A DNA stretch of 34,973 nucleotides, taken from Armatimonadota bacterium. GTDB lineage: Bacteria > Armatimonadota > SYMT01. The stretch is taken from positions 1-34,973 of the forward strand of contig JBKBRF010000063.1 in assembly GCA_046292385.1 (NCBI GenBank), in the 5' to 3' direction. Under the pieces are notes generated by a model. That model ran no database searches and was not told where the DNA came from. It saw only the letters and a list, made by a program, of their open reading frames with translations. Made by a program: the position numbers and the translations under genes. Below, in pieces: positions 18,026-27,136 of this stretch. Numbering within the stretch: position 1 is the first letter of the stretch; each line of letters opens with the position of its first letter.

Positions 18026-19138
18026 ATGACGCTCCGCTTCTCATCCACTACCGGCCCACAGCACGGTAACGACACCGCCGGCAAGCTGGCGCGCCTGGCG
18101 CAGCGGCTGCAGAACGACCCTCACGAACGGCTGAGCGAGGAGGAGATGGAGGCGATGGCGCGGGAGGTCGGCCTCGACCCCTCGTTCATGCAGAGCGCGC
18201 TGGAGCGGGTCTCCGCCGTCCCGGGCGCCGTGGTGCGGCCCGCTCCGGCTCCGGTGGCGCCGGCGGCGCAGCCGGTCGCGGCGTTCGTGCCGCCCAGCAA
18301 GCAGTGGTGGCGCCGGGCGGAGGTGCTTTCTCCGGTCTGGTGGGCGACCGGCTGGATGCTCTTTCCGCTTCTGGGGGTCGTAGAGACGACGTTCTTTATC
18401 GAGCGTTACGGCGGACCGCCGTTCACCTCGATGATGTTTGCGCTCGGCCTCTACATCGGGGTGGGGATGATCCTCTCCCGCCTGAAGAAGGAAGAGGAAG
18501 AAGAGCGCCGGTACCTGGCTCACACCGGTGTGCCCCTTCCGGCGGCAGGCGCGGGCACGCCGGTCTCCCGCGAGCGGCTGATCGAGACCCTCTTCTCGCT
18601 GCAGCGCCAGCTCGAAGGCGACCGCCGCCGCCGGGCATTTCTGAGCCTCGACATCGCGGACGCATGCGCCCTCCAGCGCAGCGGCACCGAGCTGGAGGTG
18701 GAGTACAGCTTCACCCAGCTCGGCCGCTGGATCGAGGAGACGGTCCAGGAGCACGGCGGGACCGTGCAGAGCTCCGCGGGGGACGGCATGATGTGCGCGT
18801 TCCCGGAAGACGCTGCCGCGGTGCGGTGCGCCCGCCGGCTGCAGGAGGGGCTCGCGCGCTTCAACGCGGAGCGGAGCCGCCTGCGGGTGCCGTTCCGGCT
18901 GCGGTGCGGGGTGAGCGCCGGGGAGGTGGCAGCGGCCGACGGAGTCGCGCTCGGGTCGCTGCACAGCTCCGTCATCGACCGCGCGGCTCGCCTCCAGAAG
19001 CAGGCCGAGCCGGGTAGTATCCTGGTGAGCGGGAGCGTGCAGTCGGCCGCGCTGGCCGAGCTCGGGACTCCCGTCCTTTCGCCGCTCACTGCGGACGGAG
19101 AGCCGGTCTTTACCTGGGGAGTGTCCGGAATCCGATAG
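18026..19138 (+). CDS. Membrane class III nucleotide cyclase-like protein A
   Basis: N-terminal helical domain (EEMEAMAREVGLDP), two TM helices, cyclase fold (FLSLDI, GDGMM, LRCGVSAG, DRAARLQ, EPGSILVS). Confidence 0.85.
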   Translation: MTLRFSSTTGPQHGNDTAGKLARLAQRLQNDPHERLSEEEMEAMAREVGLDPSFMQSALERVSAVPGAVVRPAPAPVAPAAQPVAAFVPPSKQWWRRAEVLSPVWWATGWMLFPLLGVVETTFFIERYGGPPFTSMMFALGLYIGVGMILSRLKKEEEEERRYLAHTGVPLPAAGAGTPVSRERLIETLFSLQRQLEGDRRRRAFLSLDIADACALQRSGTELEVEYSFTQLGRWIEETVQEHGGTVQSSAGDGMMCAFPEDAAAVRCARRLQEGLARFNAERSRLRVPFRLRCGVSAGEVAAADGVALGSLHSSVIDRAARLQKQAEPGSILVSGSVQSAALAELGTPVLSPLTADGEPVFTWGVSGIR

Positions 19139-19166
19139 AGAGAGTCCGGGCGGGGCGGGGAATCCG

Positions 19167-20336
19167 ATGCTGCGACACCAACAATCCGAGGAGACGCGCC
19201 CACCCGCCGGAAGCGTAGACAGCGCTACGCTGGGCAAAGTCGCCGCCCTGGCGCAGCGACTGCAGACCGAGCACCAGGACCGGCTGACGGCGGCGGAGAT
19301 GGAGGAGATCGGCCGGGAGATCGGCCTGGACCCCGCCTTCATGCGCCAGGCGCTGGAACAGGTCTGCTGCCCGCCGGCCGAGCCGGTGAAATCGGTTCCG
19401 CTCCCGCCGGCGAAGACTACGCCCCCCTCGCCCACGCTAGTGACAGCGCCGGGCACGGACCCTCGCCCCTGGTGGAGACGCCCGCGGCTGGTGGCGCCCG
19501 CGTGGTGGGCCGCCGGCTGGGTCACCCCCATGATGCTGGTCGCGATGGCGGCCGCGATGGACGTGGAAGCCCTCGCCATCCTCGGCTTCTTCGGGGGCTG
19601 GGCGCTCTACATCGGCGGCGGGGTCGCCATCTCGCACGCCGCCGCGGAGGAGAAGAAAGCGCTGCAGCCGGAGCAGCGCTCCGGTCACTTGCCGTCCGCG
19701 GCTCCCCGCGGCTTCCACCAGCCGCACCATCCTCCGGTGAGGGTACCCACTCCCTCCGGCACGCAGGTCTCCCGCGCCGCGATGCTCGACCTCCTGTTCA
19801 CGCTGCAGCGGGAGCTGGAGGGGCAGAAGCAGCGGCGCGCCTTCCTGAGTATCGACGTCGCCGGCTCCTCTGAGATGAAGCGCGGTGCCGACGAGCTGGC
19901 GGTCGAATACTCCTTCGGGCAATTCTCCCGCTGGGTCGAAGACATGATCACTCGCTACGGCGGCACGGTGCACAGCGCCGCCGGCGACGGCGTGATGTGC
20001 GTGTTTCCGGACGACGTCTCGGCGGTCCGCGCGGCGCGCCACCTGCAAGAGAGCATGGTCCGCTTCAACGGCGACCGGAACCGCCTGCCGACCCCGTTCC
20101 GAGTGCGCTGCGGCGTCAGCGCCGGGAACGTCGCCATCACGAACGGCCACTCCCTCGGCGGCGTCCACAGCGCCGTCATCGACCGCGCCGCCTTGCTGCA
20201 GAAGCAGGCGGAGCCCGGAGACGTCCTCGTCAGCGGCGACGTCAGCGGCGCGGCGCTCTCCGAGCTCGGGCAGCCGTCGCTCGCCCCGCAAACGGTAGAC
20301 GGCGCCGCGGTGTTCTCCTGGCGCGGCGGCCGATAG
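19167..20336 (+). CDS. Membrane class III nucleotide cyclase-like protein B (paralogue of A)
   Basis: Same architecture: AEMEEIGREIGLDP, two TM helices, FLSIDVAGSS, GDGVM, VRCGVSAG, DRAALLQ, EPGDVLVS. Confidence 0.87.
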   Translation: MLRHQQSEETRPPAGSVDSATLGKVAALAQRLQTEHQDRLTAAEMEEIGREIGLDPAFMRQALEQVCCPPAEPVKSVPLPPAKTTPPSPTLVTAPGTDPRPWWRRPRLVAPAWWAAGWVTPMMLVAMAAAMDVEALAILGFFGGWALYIGGGVAISHAAAEEKKALQPEQRSGHLPSAAPRGFHQPHHPPVRVPTPSGTQVSRAAMLDLLFTLQRELEGQKQRRAFLSIDVAGSSEMKRGADELAVEYSFGQFSRWVEDMITRYGGTVHSAAGDGVMCVFPDDVSAVRAARHLQESMVRFNGDRNRLPTPFRVRCGVSAGNVAITNGHSLGGVHSAVIDRAALLQKQAEPGDVLVSGDVSGAALSELGQPSLAPQTVDGAAVFSWRGGR

Positions 20337-20427
20337 CGAGCCAGCACTCGCCCGGGTGAGTGGGAGGCACGGGAAGCAGCACTGCCCTGAACAGCTCGTG
20401 CGTCCACCCGCGCGGCCCAGACCGGCG

Positions 20428-20781
20428 TCATCCCTCCACGGTGCGCCGGGCGATGGGGCCGACCAGCCAGTACGAGAACCATTCGCCCTGGTAGCTCTTC
20501 ACCGCGGCGATGACCGCGTAGATCAGGCCGCCGATCGCCACCGCCGGGAAGAGCACCATCCCGATGAGCACCAGCACCAGGAGCGCGGAGACGAACAGCG
20601 CGACGATCAGGCCGAGCTGGAATAACACCGACTGCAGCGCGTGGAACGCGATGAACCGGGAGTCACGGCGGACCACGTACAGGATCAGCGGTCCGATAAA
20701 GCCGGTAAAGATACCGAGCAGGTGCGCCAGCATCGCCAGCGTCTTCTCTTCCTGATTGACGGCCAGATCTTGCGAGTACAC
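20428..20781 (-). CDS. DUF4870 / Tic20-like small membrane protein
   Basis: EEKTLAMLAHLLG...GPLILY...FHALQSVLFQ...AVKSYQGEWFSY; SD GAGGAG. Confidence 0.85.
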   Translation of the reverse strand: MYSQDLAVNQEEKTLAMLAHLLGIFTGFIGPLILYVVRRDSRFIAFHALQSVLFQLGLIVALFVSALLVLVLIGMVLFPAVAIGGLIYAVIAAVKSYQGEWFSYWLVGPIARRTVEG

Positions 20782-20858
20782 TTCGCGCTCCTCTCTGCGG
20801 CTTTCCCACTCTCTGTTTACCCAACGGAGGCGCGGTGCTCCGGGTGCGCCGGAAAACT

Positions 20859-20907
20859 AATAGGAGCGTGGAAGGGAGCCCGACCGGCCCACCTCCACGC
20901 TCCTATT
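20859..20907 (-). terminator. Probable glnA terminator
   Basis: 14-bp inverted repeat AATAGGAGCGTGGA / TCCACGCTCCTATT followed on the minus strand by AGTTTT, 20 nt after the glnA stop codon. Confidence 0.7.
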
Positions 20908-20926
20908 CGACCTGACTTCGAGCCGA

Positions 20927-22351
20927 TTAGATATCGAAGTACATGTAGAACTCGTACGGGTGCGGACGCAGGTTGACCTGCTCCAGCTCCCGGGCGCGCT
21001 TGTAGTCGATCCAGGTGCGGATGACGTCCTCGGTGAAGACGTCGCCGCGGAGCAGGAACTGGTGGTCCGCCTCCAGCGCGTCGAGCACTTCTCCCAGGCT
21101 GCCGGGGGTGTTCTTGATCTCGCCCTTCTCCGCCGGCTCCAGGTCGTAAAGGTCCTTGTCGATCGGCGACGGAGGCATGATCCGGTTCTCGATGCCGTCG
21201 AGGCCGGCCATCAGCATGGCGGAGAACGCCAGGTACGGGTTGCAGCTCGGGTCCGGGCAGCGGAACTCGATGCGTTTCGCCTTGGGGCTGTTGCTGTACA
21301 TCGGGATCCGCACCGCGGCGCTCCGGTTGCGCTGGCTGTAGATCAGGTTCACCGGCGCCTCGTACCCCGGCACCAGGCGGCGATAGCTGTTGGTAGTCGG
21401 GTTGGTGAGGGCCAGCAGCGCCGGGGCGTGCTTCAGCAGGCCGCCGATGTAGTAGATGGCGGTCTCGCTCAGGCCGGCGTATCCGCTCTCATCGAAGAAG
21501 AGCGGCTTACCGCCTTTCCAGAGGCTCTGGTGGCAGTGCATGCCGGAGCCGTTGTCCTGGAAGATCGGCTTCGGCATGAAGGTGACCGCCTTGCCGGCGC
21601 GGCGCGCGACATTCCGGATGATGTACTTGTACGTCATCAGGGTGTCGGCCATCTTCACCAGCGTGTCGAAGCGCAGGTCGATCTCGCTCTGGCCGGCCGT
21701 GCCCACCTCGTGGTGGTGCAGCTCCACTTCCATCCCCACCTGCTTCATGGTGAGGACCATCTCGGACCGCAGGTCCTGGTAGTGGTCCATCGGGGGGCAG
21801 GGGAAGTAGCCTTCCTTATAGCGGATCTTGAAGCCGAGGTTGCCGCCCGGCTCTTCGCGGCCGGTGTTCCAGGCCCCCTCCACGCTGTCCAGGAAGTAGT
21901 AGCCGCTGTGGCTGGTCTGGTCGAACCGGACGTCGTCGAAGATGTAGAACTCCGCCTCCGGCCCGAAGTAGGAGGTATCCGCGATACCGCTCTGCTTGAG
22001 GTAGGCCTCCGCCTTCTTGGCGATGTTGCGGGGATCGCGGCTGTACGTCTCGCGGGTGAGGGGGTCGCGGACGTCGCAGATGAGGTTCAGCGTCTTGTGG
22101 CGCGTAAACGGGTCGATGAAGGCGGTGGCCGGATCCGGGAAGAGCAGCATGTCCGATTCCTGGATCTGCTGGAATCCCCGGATGCTGGAGCCGTCAAAGC
22201 CCAGCCCATCCTCGAACGTGTCCTCGCTCAGCTCCGACACGGGGACGGAGAAGTGCTGCCACACGCCGGGCAGGTCGATGAAGCGGTAATCGACCATCTC
22301 CACGCCGGCGTCGCGAGCGAGCTTCAAGACTTCCGCTGGTGTCTCAGGCAC
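20927..22351 (-). CDS. glnA: Glutamine synthetase type I
   Basis: [38 protein letters not shown] and RIEFRCPD motifs; KDLYDL at the adenylylation-site position; SD AAGGAGG before GTG 22351. Confidence 0.97.
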   Translation of the reverse strand: MPETPAEVLKLARDAGVEMVDYRFIDLPGVWQHFSVPVSELSEDTFEDGLGFDGSSIRGFQQIQESDMLLFPDPATAFIDPFTRHKTLNLICDVRDPLTRETYSRDPRNIAKKAEAYLKQSGIADTSYFGPEAEFYIFDDVRFDQTSHSGYYFLDSVEGAWNTGREEPGGNLGFKIRYKEGYFPCPPMDHYQDLRSEMVLTMKQVGMEVELHHHEVGTAGQSEIDLRFDTLVKMADTLMTYKYIIRNVARRAGKAVTFMPKPIFQDNGSGMHCHQSLWKGGKPLFFDESGYAGLSETAIYYIGGLLKHAPALLALTNPTTNSYRRLVPGYEAPVNLIYSQRNRSAAVRIPMYSNSPKAKRIEFRCPDPSCNPYLAFSAMLMAGLDGIENRIMPPSPIDKDLYDLEPAEKGEIKNTPGSLGEVLDALEADHQFLLRGDVFTEDVIRTWIDYKRARELEQVNLRPHPYEFYMYFDI

Positions 22352-22466
22352 TCGTGTTCCTCCTTCGAGCTCGACCAATGCTCCGGAGTACCGCCGGCCG
22401 GGGAGCCTTCCCCGACCGAGCTTCGAGAGCATCGCTGGATAAGGTTAGGGTCCGGAGATTTCCCGT

Positions 22467-22497
22467 GCGTAACACATTTGTTAAATCTATGTTACGC
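22467..22497. promoter_or_regulatory. Candidate nitrogen-regulator operator upstream of glnA
   Basis: GCGTAACA-N15-TGTTACGC dyad, which also reads GTAAC-N6-GTTAA-N6-GTTAC (11-bp phasing). Confidence 0.55.
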
Positions 22498-22580
22498 GGG
22501 TAGGGTTAAGCTCCTGTAAGAGGGCTAAACTTTCCTGGCCAAATCGACCCCGGGGAATGAAGACCCTTTAGGCTCCGTGT

Positions 22581-22626
22581 CGTTTGCGGCGTTTGCACGT
22601 GGTTTGCAAGCGGTTTGCAGCCCCGG
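22581..22626 (+). repeat. Putative integrase arm-type sites (left), four GTTTGC units
   Basis: cGTTTGCggcGTTTGCAcgtgGTTTGCAagcgGTTTGCAgccccgg. Confidence 0.72.
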
Positions 22627-22634
22627 AGAGCCCG

Positions 22635-22870
22635 ATGCCCCTCACCCCCGACCAGCTCCGCCGCCTCGCGGACGTGATCTTCGACGACGAGTTGGAGCTC
22701 CGCCCTGACCCGCCGGAGCCTGGCCCCGCCCGCGCGGTTCCGATCGTCCCCGTCTCCGCCGTGATGAACCGCCTGGACCGCGTCGTTGGCCCGGGGAGCT
22801 GGTCGTTCGACTGGGAGCCCGCCGGCGACGGCGTAAAGGCCGCCTTACCGTCTGCGGGGAGAGCCGCGTC
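22635..22870 (+). pseudogene. Rad52/Rad22 (Sak-like) single-strand annealing protein fragment, frameshifted and truncated
   Basis: VMNRLDRVVGPGSWSFDW motif. The expected continuation KGRLTVCG lies in the -1 frame at 22835-22858, after which similarity is lost. Confidence 0.62.
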
Positions 22871-23110
22871 ACATCTGTGTCGTCACACGTCAAGCGTGGC
22901 AGGAATCGTGCGCTCGCCTGGTACACAACTGTGCAGTTGCCTCAGCTCCGAAGTGCGGAGTGGGAGGCTCCTTAAGTGGCGTGCGGCCTTTCTCAATCGC
23001 TATGAGGGTGGGCGCGGGGCAGAGCGCCATTGGTTCCTTCCAGTCTCCAAGCTGTGTAGCGACACGGTCGCACAGAGGACCACTGCAGTTCCCAGTATGG
23101 CTTGCAAGAA

Positions 23111-23629
23111 ATGAACAACTCCAACGAAGCGCTGAAGGTCGTGGGCTTTCTCATTCTGAGCTTTGCCGCCCTCGCAGGCGTTCTGTTCCTTAGAAACATG
23201 GAACACCAGCCGCCGTTGCCGGCTCCCCAGGCTACTCCCTCCTCCACTGCACAGTCGGAACCGATGACGGCGTGCCTCAACTGCAACGGTGCTGGTCAGG
23301 TTGCCTGCTACTCGTGTCGAGGCAGCGGAAGGTGTGCCATCTGTCGCGGGTCAGGCGGAGGCGGCCCGAAGAATGCGCTGGGGTACTACGGCGACTGCAC
23401 CTGGTGTCGCGGCACGGGCATGTGCCATGGGCAGTTGCAGACACACTGGGACGGATTGCGGGTGTGTGAAGCTTGCCGTGGTTCAGGGCAGATCACCGTC
23501 GCACAGGCTCAACAGGTCCAGCGCGAGCTGCAGGAGTGGAACAATCCGCAGCCGCGAGCCTACAACCCGAATGATCCGTATGACGCCAATGATGAGGCGG
23601 TGATGAAGGTGCTCACTTCGCCACAGTAG
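23111..23629 (+). CDS. Membrane-anchored protein with DnaJ-type CxxCxGxG zinc-finger repeats
   Basis: N-terminal TM helix; CLNCNGAG, CYSCRGSG, CAICRGSG, CTWCRGTG and CEACRGSG; visibly lower GC than the flanks. Confidence 0.75.
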   Translation: MNNSNEALKVVGFLILSFAALAGVLFLRNMEHQPPLPAPQATPSSTAQSEPMTACLNCNGAGQVACYSCRGSGRCAICRGSGGGGPKNALGYYGDCTWCRGTGMCHGQLQTHWDGLRVCEACRGSGQITVAQAQQVQRELQEWNNPQPRAYNPNDPYDANDEAVMKVLTSPQ

Positions 23630-23708
23630 ACGTCGGCGCCCCCACCGAACTGGCGGGCGGCAGCGGGCGCTGCGGAGCGCCTGCCGCCGGGCCGGCGTGG
23701 AAGGGTGA

Positions 23709-24818
23709 AATGGACGGCGCCGGCAGCGGTGGTATAGCGGCTTCCGCACCCGGAAGGACGCGCAGACCGCCCTCAACCAGGTGCTCCGGGAGATGGACAC
23801 CGGCAGCTACGTAGACCCGGCGAAGGAGCTGGGCCGCGACTACTTGCAGAGGTGGCTGAAGGACTACGCCGAGGTCCACGTGAGCAAGACCTCGTATGAG
23901 CATTACGTGCGCGTGCTGAAGGAGCCGACTGCCGCCCTCGGGTCGCTGCGGCTGGACCAGCTCCGGACCGTCCACGTGCAGGGATGGTGCTCCGAGATGC
24001 TCCGCCGCGGCGTCTCTCCGGTGACGGCCCGCCACTATCTCGGGATCTTTGACCACGCGATGGGGACGGCGATCACCTGGGGGCTCCTCACCCGCAACCC
24101 CTGCGACGGCATCACGCTCCCCAAGGCTCGCCGGTCCGAGCGCCAGATCCCGGACCGGTCCGACATCCGCGGGCTGCTCGGGGCCGCGCCGGAAGCGTGG
24201 CTGCGAATGGCGATCGCCCTGGCCTACGGCGCCGGCCTGCGCCGCAGCGAGGTGCTCGGGCTGCGGTGGCTCGACGTGGAGCTCGGCGCGATCTCCTGGC
24301 TCCACGTTCGGCAGAACCTGCAGGTGGGGGAGGGCGGCGAGATCCGGATCCAGGTGCCCAAGACCGAGCGGAGCCAGCGCAGCATCCGGCTCCCCGAGCC
24401 GCTGGCGAAAGCCCTGACGGCACACCGGGAGACGCAGCCGGTCTCCGAGTTCGTCTGCTGTGACGAAACCGGCGCGTCGATCAACCCGGCCCGGCTCTCC
24501 CGCCGGTTCGGCGAGGTAGCCCGGAAGGTCGGCGGGACGTGGACCTATCACGACCTGCGCCACGCCCACGCTACGCTGCTCCTGGAGCAGGGCGTCGACG
24601 TCCGCGTGATTCAGGACCGCCTCGGCCACGCCAGCATTCAGACCACGTCCGACATCTACACCCACGTCACCCGCCGGCTTCGCGACGATGCCGCGAACCG
24701 GGCCGAAACAGCGCTTCAGGAGGCCCTTTTTGGAGGCGCGGTTTGCAAACGGTTTGCAGACCCGGCCCTACCACCCCTCTCTGCCCCCGATTCCAGGCAC
24801 GAAACGGAGCAGAGTTAA
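23709..24818 (+). pseudogene. Phage/ICE-type tyrosine integrase, 5'-damaged with an intact catalytic domain
   Basis: GLRRSE, PKT, HDLRH, LGHAS and IYTH motifs present. Integrase-like RRQRWYSGFRTRKDA extends upstream of GTG 23781 up to an in-frame TGA at 23706-23708 with no start codon. Confidence 0.75.
24740..24765 (+). repeat. Putative integrase arm-type sites (right)
   Basis: GGTTTGCAAACGGTTTGCAGACCCGG; 24/26 identical to 22601-22626. Confidence 0.75.
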
Positions 24819-24969
24819 GCCGGGTTAAGGTAAATCTATATTTCGAGAGCCTGTACGCTCGCTGCCCGAAGCGAACGGCGTCTGCCGTCCAGCAGCTCGT
24901 TTGCCCGGGTGGAGCTGCGGTGGTATCACAGTGGCATCGGATCCCTTTATCCGGAGAGGAGGAGCTCCG

Positions 24970-26049
24970 ATGGCCGCGGTCTTTCCCCGAATTACCAGTC
25001 TCGCCCTGGCTGTCACTGCCGCTCTGTGGTCGATCTCCACTCACACCGCGAGAGCCCAATCCGCGCCGGTACCGGCGGCGGGGATTGTCACCGCCATGAC
25101 CGGGAGTGAACTGCCGACCACGCTCACCCTCACCAGCGGGCGTAGCTCCACGGAGGTTACGCTCACCGCGGAGACGCTGACCACCGAAGCCGGCCAGCCG
25201 GCCCCGGCACTGAAGCTTTCGCCCTTCTCACTCTGGGGCCGCTATGTGGAGGCGACGGTCGCCCCCGAGACCGGTGCCGCTGCGACCCTGGATGTCGGCC
25301 GGGAGTTCCTGGTATTCGGTCCCGTCCAGCGCGTGACCGGCGCCGCCGCGCCGGCGCGCCTGACGATCGAGCCCGCATTCGGCGATCCGATCAGCGTCAG
25401 CGTCACCGAGCAGAGCGTCGTGACGGTGAACAACGAGCCGCTTGAGGATCTGGAAGAGCTGGACGACGAACTGGCATTCGTCAGCTACGATCCCACGTCT
25501 CTCCGGGCACTCTCTGTCTCAGCGCTTGGTGGGTTCCGCCGCACCCGGGGACGGATCGAATCGGTGGACGTGGACCTCGCCGAGCTGGTGATCCGGCGTA
25601 GTGGCGGCGGCAGTCTCTTCCTGCTGGCCGATCTCTTCCCCACCATTGAGGACGGCTCGGAGGCAAAGATCCTCGTCGATGGCGCGGAGGCGACTCTCGC
25701 GGACCTCCGGTCCGGAATGGAGATTGTCGCCGACTGGGAGGAGGGCGAGCCGCCGCTGGCCTATATCCTGCAAGCACGGGCTCAAGCGACGGAATCGCTC
25801 ACCGGAACGGTTACCGGCAGCTCCCTCACGCAGCAGACCCTGGTGGTGCGTCCGGCGGGCTCCCGGGGACAGGCGCGCCCGGTGACCGAGCAGTTGGTGC
25901 GGATCACGCCCTCAACGCGAATCACGCTGAAGGGGAAGCGGGTGACCCTCTCTCGCATACCCCCCGGACACAAGGTCAGCGTGACCGCAACTCGGCGCGG
26001 CGACATCAGCTTCGCCCGCCGCGTCACCGTGCGGACTGCCCGGCGGTAG
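24970..26049 (+). CDS. Secreted beta-rich protein with repeated DUF5666/OB-like modules
   Basis: Signal peptide (ARA|Q); repeated GRIESVD...ILVDG..ATLADLRSGMEI and GTVTG...TRITLKGKRVTLSRIPPGHKV; SD GAGGAGG. Confidence 0.72.
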   Translation: MAAVFPRITSLALAVTAALWSISTHTARAQSAPVPAAGIVTAMTGSELPTTLTLTSGRSSTEVTLTAETLTTEAGQPAPALKLSPFSLWGRYVEATVAPETGAAATLDVGREFLVFGPVQRVTGAAAPARLTIEPAFGDPISVSVTEQSVVTVNNEPLEDLEELDDELAFVSYDPTSLRALSVSALGGFRRTRGRIESVDVDLAELVIRRSGGGSLFLLADLFPTIEDGSEAKILVDGAEATLADLRSGMEIVADWEEGEPPLAYILQARAQATESLTGTVTGSSLTQQTLVVRPAGSRGQARPVTEQLVRITPSTRITLKGKRVTLSRIPPGHKVSVTATRRGDISFARRVTVRTARR

Positions 26050-26311
26050 CGCCGACGGCAGGCCCGAGGCGGCTGTTTGGGAAGGGCAGCGTCAGTGCGT
26101 CTTGGCAGCGACCGGCTGACCGAGGGGGCGCCGCTTCACCGAGCCCCGCGCGGACCGGATGTTCCTCTTGACCGCCTGTTTGCGCTCGACCCGAAAGTGC
26201 GCCGAAGGTGCGCCGCCGACCGGGGCGGGTGGCGGCGCCCGGAGCCGGAGGGTATCATCCTGATCGGATTTGGTGCGGAGGGGTCACTCGGGCCGCAGGG
26301 AGGACGCAGCG

Positions 26312-27136
26312 TTGACGGAGGGGAAACCGGAGCGGCGCAGCCCGCTGAACGGCCTGGCGGTGCGGTCCTGGATGCGCTTCACCCGGAGTTGGTTCCTCTA
26401 CAACCCGCCGCCCCGCACGCGGGAGCAGCTTCGCCACCCGGCCAAGTTCCCGGAAGCGGTCCCGCAGGGCTCCATCGAGTTCTTTACCGCCCCCGGAGAG
26501 ACGGTGCTCGACCCGTTCGCCGGCGTGGGGAGCACGCTGGCGGCGGCGGCGGCGTGCGGCCGGCGCGGGATCGGCATCGAGCTGTCACCGGAGTTCCATG
26601 CCCTCGCCGCCGGGAGGGCCGACCTGGGAGCGGAGAGCCGGATGCTGCTCGGCGACGCCCGCCGCGCCCCGGCGCTGCTCCGGGAGGCAGGCGTGGAGAC
26701 GGTCGACTACCTCTTCACCTCACCGCCCTACTGGAACATGCTGCGGCAGGGCCGCGGGAACGTGGCGAGCGCCCACCGCCGCCGCCGTGATGCCGGCCTG
26801 CAGACCGAGTACTCCGAGAGCTTGAGCGACCTGGGCAACATCGAGGAGTACGAGCGCTTTCTGGAGGCGCTGGCAGAGGTCTTCCGCGGCCTCCGGGAGG
26901 TGCTGGCGCCCCGCCGCTACCTGACCATCGTGATCCAGAACGTGCGCATCCCCGGCGGCGAGGTGAAGCCGCTCGCCTGGGACCTGGTCCGGCTGCTGAG
27001 CGATACTTACACGTTCAAAGGAGAGCGGATCTGGGTGCAGGAGAACAAGCGGCTCGGCTGCTGGGGCTGGCCCACGGAGTTCGTCACCAACGTCCACCAC
27101 CACTACTGCCTGAACTTCAAGAACGATCGTTCGTAA
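26312..27136 (+). CDS. Orphan amino (N4-C/N6-A type) SAM-dependent methyltransferase
   Basis: HPAKFP, motif I VLDPFAGVGS, then motif IV TSPPY. TTG 26312 behind SD GGAGG (ORF track start 26270). Confidence 0.88.
   Translation: MTEGKPERRSPLNGLAVRSWMRFTRSWFLYNPPPRTREQLRHPAKFPEAVPQGSIEFFTAPGETVLDPFAGVGSTLAAAAACGRRGIGIELSPEFHALAAGRADLGAESRMLLGDARRAPALLREAGVETVDYLFTSPPYWNMLRQGRGNVASAHRRRRDAGLQTEYSESLSDLGNIEEYERFLEALAEVFRGLREVLAPRRYLTIVIQNVRIPGGEVKPLAWDLVRLLSDTYTFKGERIWVQENKRLGCWGWPTEFVTNVHHHYCLNFKNDRS

Larger units (their letters stand above)
22503..24829. mobile_element. Decayed tyrosine-integrase island or prophage remnant (~2.3 kb)
   Basis: 26-bp direct repeat with 2 mismatches at 22601-22626 and 24740-24765; 8-bp direct repeat GGGTTAAG at 22503-22510 and 24822-24829; contains an integrase, a Rad52-like fragment and a lower-GC cargo gene. 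Confidence 0.7.

Noticed and set aside
18026..20336. Pycsar/CBASS anti-phage system
   Set aside because: No adjacent cNMP-binding TIR or TM effector, host-like composition, and a membrane-anchored architecture unlike PycC.
22355..22440. Known glnA (glutamine) riboswitch
   Set aside because: I could not match the cyanobacterial glnA-motif consensus by eye; kept only as a generic structured leader.
22584..23114. 176-aa ORF as an intact gene
   Set aside because: It starts inside the arm repeats, and after ~22835 it leaves the Rad52-like frame and runs into unrelated sequence.
24808..24835. Chromosomal dif site (TTAAGGTAAAT resembles a XerD arm)
   Set aside because: The XerC-side arm is a poor match, and the site is better explained as the island's own integrase core. 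Not fully excluded.
26312..27136. Restriction-modification system belonging to the integrase island
   Set aside because: It lies about 1.5 kb outside the inferred right att site and has no nuclease partner.
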